From Planctomycetota bacterium (GTDB lineage: Bacteria; Planctomycetota; UBA1135; GCA-002686595): DNA of 64,000 nucleotides. Position numbers and translations under genes: made by a program. How positions within the stretch are numbered: position 1 is the stretch's first letter; each line of letters begins with the position of its first letter. The stretch lies in NCBI GenBank assembly GCA_044228975.1, contig JBGATX010000002.1, positions 31,122 through 95,121 of the forward strand, in the 5' to 3' direction. This document shows positions 17,799 through 27,500 of this stretch, in pieces. Under the pieces are notes generated by a model that did no database searches, was not told the DNA's origin, and saw only the letters and a list, made by a program, of their open reading frames with translations.

Positions 17799-20700
17799 AT
17801 GACCGACGACTCGCACGAACTCGAAGTCGCGCTGTTCGACTTTCGCGCGCGTTTCGCAGCCGACTCCGCGCACGGACGCGTCGCGGACGTCGACAGCTAC
17901 GCACGACGTTTCCCGGGTTTCGAGACTCAGATCCGCGCGGCGTACGCCTGCCTGATCCGCGGCGAGTCGATCGACGAAGCGGAGATCGACGGACGTGCTC
18001 CGGCTCCCCCGACCACGCAGGAGCGCCGCATCGCGCACTACCGGCTGCTGCACGAACTCGGACGTGGAGGGCAGGGTTCGGTCCACTTGGCGGAGGACAC
18101 GCGCCTGCACCGGCGCGTTGCGATCAAGCTGCTCGCCGGCCTCGCGCAGTTCTCGAGCGACGCGCGCCGGCGCTTCCAGCGCGAGGCCGAGACCGCGTCG
18201 CGCCTCGATCACCCGTGCATCTGCACCGTCTACGAGAGCGGAGTCGACGACGGCACGGCGTACATCGCGATGCGCTACGTCGAGGGCGAGTCGCTCGGCC
18301 GGCGCATCGCTCGGGCACGCGACACGCGCGCGAAGCTCGACGCCGAGCCGGTCTCGAAGCGCCGCGACGCACGCACCGACCCCGATTCGTTCTTCCCTTG
18401 CGCGCCCGCGTCGCGCGACGACCTGTGGGCGTGCCTGCACTTCTTCGAATCGGCCGCGCGCGCCCTGCACGTCGCGCACGAAGCGGGCATCGTCCACCGC
18501 GACGTCAAGCCGGGCAACTTGATGATCACGACCGAGCGCACGCCGGTCGTGCTCGACTTCGGCCTCGCGCGCGAAGCGGAACCAGGCGCCGAAGCGATCA
18601 CGCTCAGCGGCGAGATCCAAGGCACGCCGGCCTACCTCTCGCCCGAACAGCTCGAGCCGAAGGGGCGACGTCTCGATCGTCGCACCGATGTCTACTCGCT
18701 CGGCGTCGCGCTCTACGAGTGCCTGACTCTCGAAGCTCCGTTCCAGGCGCCGACGATCGCCGCGCTCTACCAGCAGATCCTGCGCGATCCGCCGCGCGAT
18801 CCGCGCACGACGAACCGCTCGATCCCCGCCGACCTCGCTGTCGTCCTCGAGACCGCGCTCGAGAAGGACCGCGACCGCCGCTACGCGAGCGCGCTCGACC
18901 TCGCCGAGGACCTGCGCCGCATCCGCGAACATGAACCGATCCGCGCGCGCCCGCCGAGCCTGGGATTGCGAGCGCTGCGTTGGGTGCAACGGCATCCGGC
19001 GCAGACGGTGGGGGTCTGTGCGGGAGCGTTCGTTCTCGGCGCGCTCGGGCTCGCGCGGTTCATGTGGCGGGCGAAGGCCCAAAGCGACCGCGTCGAGGAG
19101 ATCACGCGAGCGATCAACGGCGAGCTCTCCCTGGGTCAGTCGGACGAGCGGATCCGCGGGCAACTGCTCGATTGGATCGGCGATGTGCCGATGCGCGCCT
19201 TGACACCGGACTGGGTTGCGCAGGCGCGGCGACATATGGGCGGGTTCGCGGAGTACGGCCTGCCCCTCGACGGCGCGCTCTCGCCCGACGCGTTCCGCGA
19301 GCGCATCGAGGTCGTCCGCGCACGCGATCCAGATCTCGCGGACGAGCTCATCGACGGCGTGTACTCGCTGGCGATCCGCTTGACCTCCGCCGCGCACCAA
19401 CGCGACGACCTCAAGACCCCCGACGATCTCGGCCGCTGCGCCGCGCGGAGCTTTCCATGGGACGCGACGCGCGAGCGACTCGGGCAACTGATCAGTCGGC
19501 TGGAGGACGATCGCTGGCGTCGCGCGGTGTGGTGCGCCTTCCTGCTGCACTTCGAGAGCGACAGCGAGGACGAGTACTGCTCGCCACAACTCGAGCCCTT
19601 CCTCACGCCGGCTGGCTGGGTCGACCGGTCCGCGCGCGATCTCGTGTTCCTCGGAGACCTGGCGTACGTCGCAGGTGATTCCCGCGGCGCGGTCGCGGCC
19701 TATGGAGCCGCGAAGGCGCGTCGCTCGACCAGCTTCCCGGTGCTGTACGCGACACGTCTGAACGGCGGCATCGCCCTGCGCTTCACCGCCACGGGCAACG
19801 CGCGGGATCCGCTGTTGCGTTCGATCATCGAACTCGAAGCGGCCCGCGACCTCCGCCCTTCGTGCGCGACGGTCTATCTCGCGCTCGCGCAGACGTGGGA
19901 GCGGCTCGGAGATGCCGACAACGCGCTCGCTCATGCTCGAAGAGCCGTCGATCTCGATGCCTCCAACTCGACGGCGCTGAAGCTGAAGGCGAAGCTCGCT
20001 CCCGCCGGTTCCGACGAGCGCCGCGACGCCGCATCCGCCGCGTGGCAGATCGATCCGAACGATTCCGAGGCTTGCTCGCTGCGCACACGCATCGCGCTCG
20101 ACGCCGGACGCTGGTTCGAGGCGCTGTCGATCTCGGATTGGGCAGTCGAGCACATGGCCTCACCCGCCGACGTCGCCACGATCGCGGCGAACAGGCTCTG
20201 CGCGGGGCGCGGCACGTTGGAGATCGTGACGTCGCTGAGTACCGCGACCCTCGACGACCAGCAGCGCGCGCGCTGGTCGCTCGAGTTCGCGCGAGTGCTC
20301 GTCCGCCGGCGCGCGTTCGCGGAGGCGCGGGCGCTGGCCGAAGCGTGCATCGCACTCCAGCCGTCGAACGCAGACGCGTACGTGGTGCTCGGCAGTATCT
20401 GCTGCGAGGGCGCCGACTGGGATGGAGCCGAGCGAGCATTCCGCAAGGCGATCGAGTGTCACCCGGCGGGCAGCGAGAAGTACCTCGGTCTGGCGACGGT
20501 CTGGAACGGTCGACGGAATCCGCAGCGTGCGATCGACGAGCTCGAACGCGCGCTCGAACGCGATCCTGCCCACGTCGGTCTGCGCACCGCACTGGTGAAC
20601 TTGCGCCGGACGACAGGCGGGATCGATGCAGCCATCTCGGCCGCCCGCGCGTGGACGGAAGCATGTCCGACGCGGGCGGCAGCCTGGGTGCGGTTGGCGG

Positions 20701-22049
20701 AGCTGCAGGTCGAGCGCGGCAGCACCGACGACGCCGCGGAATCGTTCGGACGCGCATTGCACGAGCAACCCGAGGACGCGCCGGCGTCGCTGGGCTTGCG
20801 CAAGCTCGCCGCGGGAAGCCAGGCGCGAGAGCGCGTGTCGCGCGTGGTCGAGGAGTTGTGCGCGCGCCGCTCGACCTCTGCGGCGGGGAAACTCGCTCGC
20901 GCGTATCTCGAGCATTCCCGCGGCGCGCGCGAGCTCTGGGAGGCGACCCTGCGGGAACTGGCGGACGAGCGCTGGTCGGATCCGATCCCGTGCACCTCCC
21001 TGGCGGACTTCCGCCAGAGCGTCGGTGACTTCGCCGGTGCGCAAGCCGCCGCGCGAGAAGCGCTCGCTCGCTCGCCGGCTATGGTGGTCGCGCACTGGTA
21101 CCTTGCTCGCGCGTTGTCGGACGCGGGAGCGTGGGTCGACGCGGTCTCCGCCGCGATCGCCGGCCTCGAGCTCTCCCCGAGTCACGAGAAGCTGCTCGGC
21201 GTCCTTGGCGACGCCGCGCTGCAGGCGGGCCGACCGGAGCTCGCGCTCGACGCCATCGCGCAGAACATCGCTGCGCACCCGGCGAACCGTGGCGCGCGGC
21301 TGCTGCGCGCGCGCGTCGAGGCCTGGCAGGGAGGGCTCCAGAGAGCGCGCAGCGAACTCGAGGACCTCGTCACGGCCGATCCGAAGGACGAGCGCGCCGC
21401 CGAGCAGCTGTATCAGCTCCTCGCCGGCGAGCGCCTGTGGTCCGATGCGATGCAGCTGGCTTCGTCGCGCGCGCGTGCAGCACGCGGGGACGACGCTCCG
21501 GACGTGTGGGCCTCTCGGGTCGAAGCGTACCAGTCCGCGTCGAGCGGCGAGCGGGCGCCGGCCAGCCTGGTCGAGACGTCCGCAACCGAGCCGGCGAATT
21601 CGAGCGGGCGGGGAGAGCGCGCGGAAGTCGTTGCCGCAGCTCGATCGCTGCTCGAGCGCGAGCTTCCCGTGGTCGCCCTCACACCCGACGCAGAGGCCAC
21701 GGTGACGTCCTGCGCCCACAACCTCGTCCGCGGTGCCGAGGCGGGCTGGTCCGACGGTGACTCGTCCGATGCGGCGCCGGGCCGCGCACCGTCGGTCGAG
21801 AGCTCGACGTTCGCGATGCGCGCGCTCGACCTCCTCGAAGCGCTGCTGGACGCGCGATTGGAGGATCTCGGCCGGGATCCACCGTTGCGGCCTCGCGCAG
21901 TCCATCGGCAGGCACTGGTGGACGAACTGCTCGCGCGCGACACGCTCGCGCTTCGCGTTCCACCTAGAGGCGCGCCGTGGCGCCAGCGCGCGCTCGGATA
22001 CATGTCGAACGTGCGCGCGGCGTTGAGCGGAGGTGCCAATTCTCGTTGA
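17799..22049 (+). CDS. Hanks-type Ser/Thr protein kinase with one TM helix and a ~1000-aa TPR-rich C-terminal domain
   Basis: GRGGQGSVHLA, VAIK, HRDVKPGNLM, DFGLA, GTPAYLSPE. TM helix TVGVCAGAFVLGALGLARFMW, then long TPR-like repeats. ATG 17799 is preferred over the TTG at 17760. Confidence 0.9.
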   Translation: MTDDSHELEVALFDFRARFAADSAHGRVADVDSYARRFPGFETQIRAAYACLIRGESIDEAEIDGRAPAPPTTQERRIAHYRLLHELGRGGQGSVHLAEDTRLHRRVAIKLLAGLAQFSSDARRRFQREAETASRLDHPCICTVYESGVDDGTAYIAMRYVEGESLGRRIARARDTRAKLDAEPVSKRRDARTDPDSFFPCAPASRDDLWACLHFFESAARALHVAHEAGIVHRDVKPGNLMITTERTPVVLDFGLAREAEPGAEAITLSGEIQGTPAYLSPEQLEPKGRRLDRRTDVYSLGVALYECLTLEAPFQAPTIAALYQQILRDPPRDPRTTNRSIPADLAVVLETALEKDRDRRYASALDLAEDLRRIREHEPIRARPPSLGLRALRWVQRHPAQTVGVCAGAFVLGALGLARFMWRAKAQSDRVEEITRAINGELSLGQSDERIRGQLLDWIGDVPMRALTPDWVAQARRHMGGFAEYGLPLDGALSPDAFRERIEVVRARDPDLADELIDGVYSLAIRLTSAAHQRDDLKTPDDLGRCAARSFPWDATRERLGQLISRLEDDRWRRAVWCAFLLHFESDSEDEYCSPQLEPFLTPAGWVDRSARDLVFLGDLAYVAGDSRGAVAAYGAAKARRSTSFPVLYATRLNGGIALRFTATGNARDPLLRSIIELEAARDLRPSCATVYLALAQTWERLGDADNALAHARRAVDLDASNSTALKLKAKLAPAGSDERRDAASAAWQIDPNDSEACSLRTRIALDAGRWFEALSISDWAVEHMASPADVATIAANRLCAGRGTLEIVTSLSTATLDDQQRARWSLEFARVLVRRRAFAEARALAEACIALQPSNADAYVVLGSICCEGADWDGAERAFRKAIECHPAGSEKYLGLATVWNGRRNPQRAIDELERALERDPAHVGLRTALVNLRRTTGGIDAAISAARAWTEACPTRAAAWVRLAELQVERGSTDDAAESFGRALHEQPEDAPASLGLRKLAAGSQARERVSRVVEELCARRSTSAAGKLARAYLEHSRGARELWEATLRELADERWSDPIPCTSLADFRQSVGDFAGAQAAAREALARSPAMVVAHWYLARALSDAGAWVDAVSAAIAGLELSPSHEKLLGVLGDAALQAGRPELALDAIAQNIAAHPANRGARLLRARVEAWQGGLQRARSELEDLVTADPKDERAAEQLYQLLAGERLWSDAMQLASSRARAARGDDAPDVWASRVEAYQSASSGERAPASLVETSATEPANSSGRGERAEVVAAARSLLERELPVVALTPDAEATVTSCAHNLVRGAEAGWSDGDSSDAAPGRAPSVESSTFAMRALDLLEALLDARLEDLGRDPPLRPRAVHRQALVDELLARDTLALRVPPRGAPWRQRALGYMSNVRAALSGGANSR

Positions 22050-22160
22050 TCGCGTCGAGCGGCGGCGTCACCGTTCGTCGCGACCGCGCTTCGTCCAACC
22101 GGATGCAAGTCCCCGCGGCCGGTTGATTCGTCCCTACAACTCCATTCGAGAGTCCCTGTC

Positions 22161-23555
22161 ATGAAACGCAATCGAACCGTCGCGTTGCTCGCACTGGTCG
22201 CCACGATGGGCGCTGTTCACGCCCAATCGGACAACTGCTCCACGGCCGTTTCCCTCTCCGGCCCGGGACCTTTCGGTGTCAGCACCGTCGGGCTCACGAC
22301 GGGGGCCCAGGGCCAGGCCGAGTCCATCTGCCTCTTCTTCGGCACCACGACGATCGCGTCGGATGGATGGTTCAACTGGACGGCGACGGCAACGGGTGTC
22401 GCGACCGTGTCGCTCTGCACCGGCGCCTCGTGCTCCCCGTCTGGCGGGACGGTCGACACCAAGATCGCCGCGTACGCGGGTGCGGGATGTCCCTCAGCAG
22501 CCGCGATCGCCTGCAACGACGACACGTGCGGACTGCTCTCACAGATGTCGTTCGTGACCACAGCCGGAAGCACCTATGCGCTGCAGGTCGGGAGCTTCCC
22601 GGGCGGCTGCGACTACAACGGCTCGATCACGATCAGCTACAGCTGTCCCCGGCCGAGCAACGACACGTGCTCGAACGCAGCCGCGCTCACCGTCGGATCG
22701 ACGACGACCGCCGATACGACGTGCGCAATGGATTCGGATGAGACAACGCTGCCATCGACGTCGTGCCCGGGGATGCACGCGGACGTCTGGTACCGAATGG
22801 ACTCCGCCGCCCCAGGGACGTACGAGTTCTCGGTCTGCGATCCGGGCTCGTCGGCCAGCAACGTGGAGCTCAGGCTCTATCCGGTCTCTTCGTCCGGGAG
22901 CTGTCCGACAACGAGCACGCCATCCCCCTCGTGCAGTCAAGCATGCGGAGGGACCGGCGGTGCGTCGGCGAGCTTGTGCGTGAGCCTCGCCACCACCACT
23001 TCGCTCGTGCTGCGAGTCGGGCACGTCGGCAGCTCTTTCCAGACAGGGACCATGCAGCTCACCGTCTCGGCGACTTGTCCGCTCTCGCCGTTCACGAAGT
23101 TTTGCCGCGGCGACGGATCCGCCCTGATCCTGAATTGCCCGTGCGGGAACAACGGCGGATTCCCGAACGGATGTCCGAACTCGTTCTTCCCGTCCGGCGC
23201 TGCGCTGGACGCCACCGGGAACCCGAGCGTCTCGGCGGACACGATCGTGCTGCAAGCGAGCCAGGTGACCGGGATCTCGCTGTTCTATCAGGGCCCCGTC
23301 CAGGTCCCCGCGTTCGTCGTCGACGACGGAATCAACTGTGTCGGTCCTCCGATCATCCGGCTCGGAACGTCACCGTCCATCGCGAACGTCGCCGTCTACC
23401 CACAAGGCGCCCAGCTTCCGGTGAGCGTGCGCGGGGCGATTCCGCCGGCCGGCGGGACGTTCTTCTACCAGTGCTGGTACAGGAACGCAGCGGCGTTCTG
23501 CACTCCGGCGACCTCGAACCGCACCAATGGATTGAGGATCGTCTGGACGCCATAG
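22161..23555 (+). CDS. secreted Cys-rich protein: two tandem ~140-aa modules plus a C-terminal CPCGNNG domain
   Basis: Signal peptide MKRNRTVALLALVATMGAVHAQ. Modules start SDNCSTAVSL and NDTCSNAAAL and both end ...TISYSCP / TVSATCP. C-terminal FCRGDGSALILNCPCGNNG...YRNAAAFCTP. Confidence 0.8.
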   Translation: MKRNRTVALLALVATMGAVHAQSDNCSTAVSLSGPGPFGVSTVGLTTGAQGQAESICLFFGTTTIASDGWFNWTATATGVATVSLCTGASCSPSGGTVDTKIAAYAGAGCPSAAAIACNDDTCGLLSQMSFVTTAGSTYALQVGSFPGGCDYNGSITISYSCPRPSNDTCSNAAALTVGSTTTADTTCAMDSDETTLPSTSCPGMHADVWYRMDSAAPGTYEFSVCDPGSSASNVELRLYPVSSSGSCPTTSTPSPSCSQACGGTGGASASLCVSLATTTSLVLRVGHVGSSFQTGTMQLTVSATCPLSPFTKFCRGDGSALILNCPCGNNGGFPNGCPNSFFPSGAALDATGNPSVSADTIVLQASQVTGISLFYQGPVQVPAFVVDDGINCVGPPIIRLGTSPSIANVAVYPQGAQLPVSVRGAIPPAGGTFFYQCWYRNAAAFCTPATSNRTNGLRIVWTP

Positions 23556-23614
23556 GCGTTCCAGCGCACCGAACCCGCGCTTCGAGTTCAGTGTGCTGAC
23601 GACGGCACGGTCCT

Positions 23615-24553
23615 TCATGCTCCGCGCGTGCCCACGAACGTGTGCCAACGCCCGCGCACGCGCTCCTCGTCGACGGTCAAACCGGCGGCGAGGAGCGCGT
23701 TGCGTGTCGCGTCGGCGTGGTGGGCGGCGCAGCCGCTGAAGGCGTACCAGCCGGTGGGGGAGAGTGCGTCGCGCAATTGCGCGACGTTCGACTGGATGAT
23801 GTCGGCGTAGATGTTCGCGAGCACGACGTCGAACGTGCCCGTGATCTGCTCGAAGCCGCCGGTGAGGAAGCGGCAATGGCTCGCGAGCTCGTTGCGCGCG
23901 GCGAGATCGTTGGCGTAGGGCTCGGCGGTGGGATCGATGTCGAAGCCGATGCACTCGCGGGCGCCGAGCAGCGCGGCGGTGACGGCGAGGATGCCGCTGC
24001 CGGAGCCGGCGTCGAGCACGCGCTCGTTGCCGCGGATGCGTTCCTGGAGCACGAAGAGACACGTGCGCGTCGTCGGGTGGCGGCCGGTGCCGAACGCTCC
24101 GCCTGGCTCGAGGTGCAGGATGCGATCGCCGGCGCGCGGCTTGGAGGTCGTCCACGGCGCGAGCACGCACAGCTTGCGAGCGCGGAACGGTCTCCAGCTC
24201 TTCTTCCACGACGTCGCGTAGTCCTCCGGCGGCAGCTCCTTGAACTCGATGCGCAGGTTCGCGAGCTCCGCGGCGCCGGTCGTCTCGGCGAGAGAGCGCA
24301 GCGCGTGCTCGAGCTCCGCGCGCACTCGCGGCGAGTCGTTCGTGCTCGGCAGGAACGTGCGCACGTAGTCGAAGCCCGGCGGCGCGGCGTCGGCGGCGAG
24401 CGAGGAGCGACCGAAGGCGACGCTGGTGCACGGGCCGACGGCGAGCGCTTCGGCGACGAGTTCGAGCCAGGATTCAGGCGCGAGGATGCGCACTTCTGTC
24501 CAACGTACGGGAGTCGGCCTCGAGGCCGGGCTCGCGGAAGGGCTGGAGCTCAA
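23615..24553 (-). CDS. prmA: ribosomal protein L11 methyltransferase
   Basis: LEPGGAFGTGRHPTTRTCL and VLDAGSGSGILAV. The TTG start at 24553 overlaps the upstream helicase stop (TTGA). The start is uncertain. Confidence 0.9.
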   Translation of the reverse strand: MSSSPSASPASRPTPVRWTEVRILAPESWLELVAEALAVGPCTSVAFGRSSLAADAAPPGFDYVRTFLPSTNDSPRVRAELEHALRSLAETTGAAELANLRIEFKELPPEDYATSWKKSWRPFRARKLCVLAPWTTSKPRAGDRILHLEPGGAFGTGRHPTTRTCLFVLQERIRGNERVLDAGSGSGILAVTAALLGARECIGFDIDPTAEPYANDLAARNELASHCRFLTGGFEQITGTFDVVLANIYADIIQSNVAQLRDALSPTGWYAFSGCAAHHADATRNALLAAGLTVDEERVRGRWHTFVGTRGA

Positions 24554-27500
24554 TACGGGAGGTCCTCGAAGGGGATGTCGAGCGGATGTTCGGCGTCGCG
24601 ACGCGCTCGCTGGCGTGCGGCGGCGTCGGTCGGGTGCGTGTCTTCGCTCTCGCGCGTCGAAGCGGGTGCGGGTGGGCTCGACGTCGCGGCTGCGCGCGGC
24701 GGAGCTCCATCGTCGTCGTCGCGATCACCCAGATCGACGCGAGGCGCATCGAAATCGAGCTGAGCTTCCGCTTCGGGTGCGTCGCGTCCGGCGACGAGCG
24801 CGGTGTGCGCGCGGCGCGGTGCGCTGTCGGCGAAGTTCGCCGCGAACCCGCGCTCCTTCAGGCCGTCGAGCAGTCCCATGTGTCGCAGCGCCTCGCGCAC
24901 GCACAGATCCGTGTCGCCGCGCACGAAGCGCGCGCGACGCTCGGGAGCGAGCTCGTCGCGGCCGCTCGCACCCTGCGCGGGCTCGAACGGCCGCTCGATC
25001 GGCAGCTCCTTCAGGAAGAATCGATGCCGCGGCTCGAGCACGCGCGCGTCGAGCACGAACACGCAACCGCGATCCCCTTCGCGCCGCATCAGGCGGCCGA
25101 AGCCCTGGCGGAACTTCGAGAGCGCGCGCGGCAGGTAGATGCGCCGGCGCTGCTCGCCGATGCCGAGCGCCGCACACTGCGCGTGGTGGTAACGATCGGG
25201 CACGCCGTAGGGGAGCTTGACGATCACCAGGTACTCGAGCGTCTCGCCCGGGAAATCCGCTCCATACCAGAACGTGTCGACACCGAGCAGCACCGAGTCG
25301 ACGCGCGCGCGGAAGAGCTCGGAGAGCTCCTCCTTCACGCTGCCTTGCATGTTCTGGAACCACAGCGGGATCGAGCGCGCGCGCAAGAAGCCCTGCAGCT
25401 CCTCGCCGACGCGCTGCGTGTCCTGCGCGTTCGTGAAGAGCACGAGCATGCGCCCGCGGGTGCGCTCGGCGAGGTGCGCGATGAAGCGCCGCACGTAGTC
25501 GAGGAACGCGTCCTTGTCGCCCTGCGCGGGCGGTGCGTCGCGCGGCACGGCGACGAGCACGCGCGAGTAGTCGAACACCTCTGGAGCGCGGAACGTGCGC
25601 ACCACGCACGGCGGACGCGTCTCGTTCGGGCCCGGCGCGGCGGCGCGATCGAGGCCGAGGTAGGCCTGCGCGGCCTCGAATCCTCCTTGCAGAAAGGTCG
25701 TCGCCGAGAGGAACACGCCCGAGGAGAGCAGCGGGTAGTAGCTCGAGCCGAGGAACTCGTTCGGCAAGAGCACGCGCGACGCGAGCGCGAGGTTGCCGCG
25801 CGCGTCGCGGTCGACGTCGTAGAACGTGCGCGGCCGGAACGCGGGCTTGCCTTCGTCGAGCGGCAGCCAGGCGTGCACCGCGGCGAGCGTCGTCGAGAGC
25901 TGCGTGCGGATCTCGTCCAGGTTGCGGCGCGCGCGCGGCAGGCCGCGCAACGGAAGACCATCGAGGCGTTCGGCGAGCTCCGCCAGCGCGACCTCGAGAC
26001 GACTCCAGTGCTCGGTGAAGTTCTTGCGCGCGTCGACGAGCAGCGTCTGGCCCTCGGTCTGGACGTACTCGCGCAGCAGCGAATGGTCGTCCCGCGCCTC
26101 GCGCGAGCGCGACTGCTCCGCGCGCCAGCCGTCGAACTCGATCGCGGCGTCCTCGAGCGACTCGAGCGCCGTGTCCGCGTCGTTCCAGGCCTCGAGGCAC
26201 GCTCCGACGCAGGCGTGAGCGGGCGTTCCGGCCAGCAATTGCCGCTCGAAACGATCGAGCAGCGCGCGCGAGCGCTCGAGCTCGGGATGCGAGAGCCGCG
26301 CGAGCAGCCCGCGCATGTCGCGGAACGAGACGTCGTGGCTCCAGGCGCTGTGCGCCTGTTCGTGCAGGTGCTCGCACTCGTCGAAGACCAGATGCCGGAA
26401 GAACTCCTGGCGCGCGAGCGCGAACGCGTGGTTGACGATCACGACGTGCGAACGCTGCGCGCGCGCGCGCGCGACGTCCGCGGCGCACGTGTCTCGATCG
26501 TCGCGTTGCGTGCAGCAGCCCGTCTGCGCGCGCGCGCCGCGCACGAACGCCGACAGGGCGCGCGAGTACGCGTCGCGGTCGGCGAGCGCGAGCGGAGCGC
26601 CGAGCGGCAGGCGGTCGAGGTCGCCTTCGATGTCGGTGAGCGCGAAGACGCAGAGTTGCTCCCACGCGAGCCACGTCGCCGCGTCGTCGTCCTCCTCCGG
26701 CGCCGCGGCGCGCAGGGCGCGCCAGCACAGGTAGTTCTCGCGACCCTTGAGCACGCTGACGCGCGTTCCGGGAGCGATGCCCGCGCGTCCGAGCGCCGCG
26801 AGCGCGCGCGGCACGTCGCGATCGAGCGCCTGCTCCTGGAGCGCGCGCGTGTACGTCGCGATGCCGACGCGCACGCCGTGGCGACGCGCCCAGAGCAATG
26901 CGGGCACGAGGTACGCGAGCGTCTTGCCCGTGCCGGTCGGCGCGTGCACGAGCAGGAGCTCGCGCACGCCGAGCGTCCTCGCCACCGCGCGCGCGACGGC
27001 GTGCTGGCTCTCGCGGTACACGCCGGAATCGCCGGCGGCGGCGAAGAGCTCGGGGATGTGGCGCTTGAAGAGCTGATCGAGCAGCGCGTGATCGTCGGAG
27101 GCGAACGGCGCGGGCTCGTCGAGATCGGGCGGCAGGATCTCGAGCGTGCGCCAGCGCTCCATCTCCCTCGCGCAGCCCGGCCGCAGCACCTCGATCAGGT
27201 CCTCGAGCGGCGGACTGCTCGCGCACAAGAGCTGCAGACGGCGCCCGAGGCGCGCGCTCGCCGGCGCCGCATCCTCGAACCAGACGTCGCGCTGCTCGAC
27301 GAGACTCAAGGCGAGGTTGAGCGTGTGGCGAGCGCAGCGATCCTCGACGCCGAAGCGCTCCCACACGCGCTGCAGCGCGAGCACGCACAGACGCAAGGAA
27401 TCCTCGTCGCGCTCGAGAAAGCGCCGCGCGAGCTCGTGCGTCGCGAGCGCGAGGTCGTCCGGACCGAACGCCTCGGGCCCCGCGCCTTGCGTCGGCTCGA

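Noticed and set aside
17244-20153. 969-aa minus-strand ORF, and 20160..21905 (-), 581 aa
   Set aside because: Antisense shadows of the Ser/Thr kinase-TPR gene, with low-complexity Arg/Ala-rich sequence.
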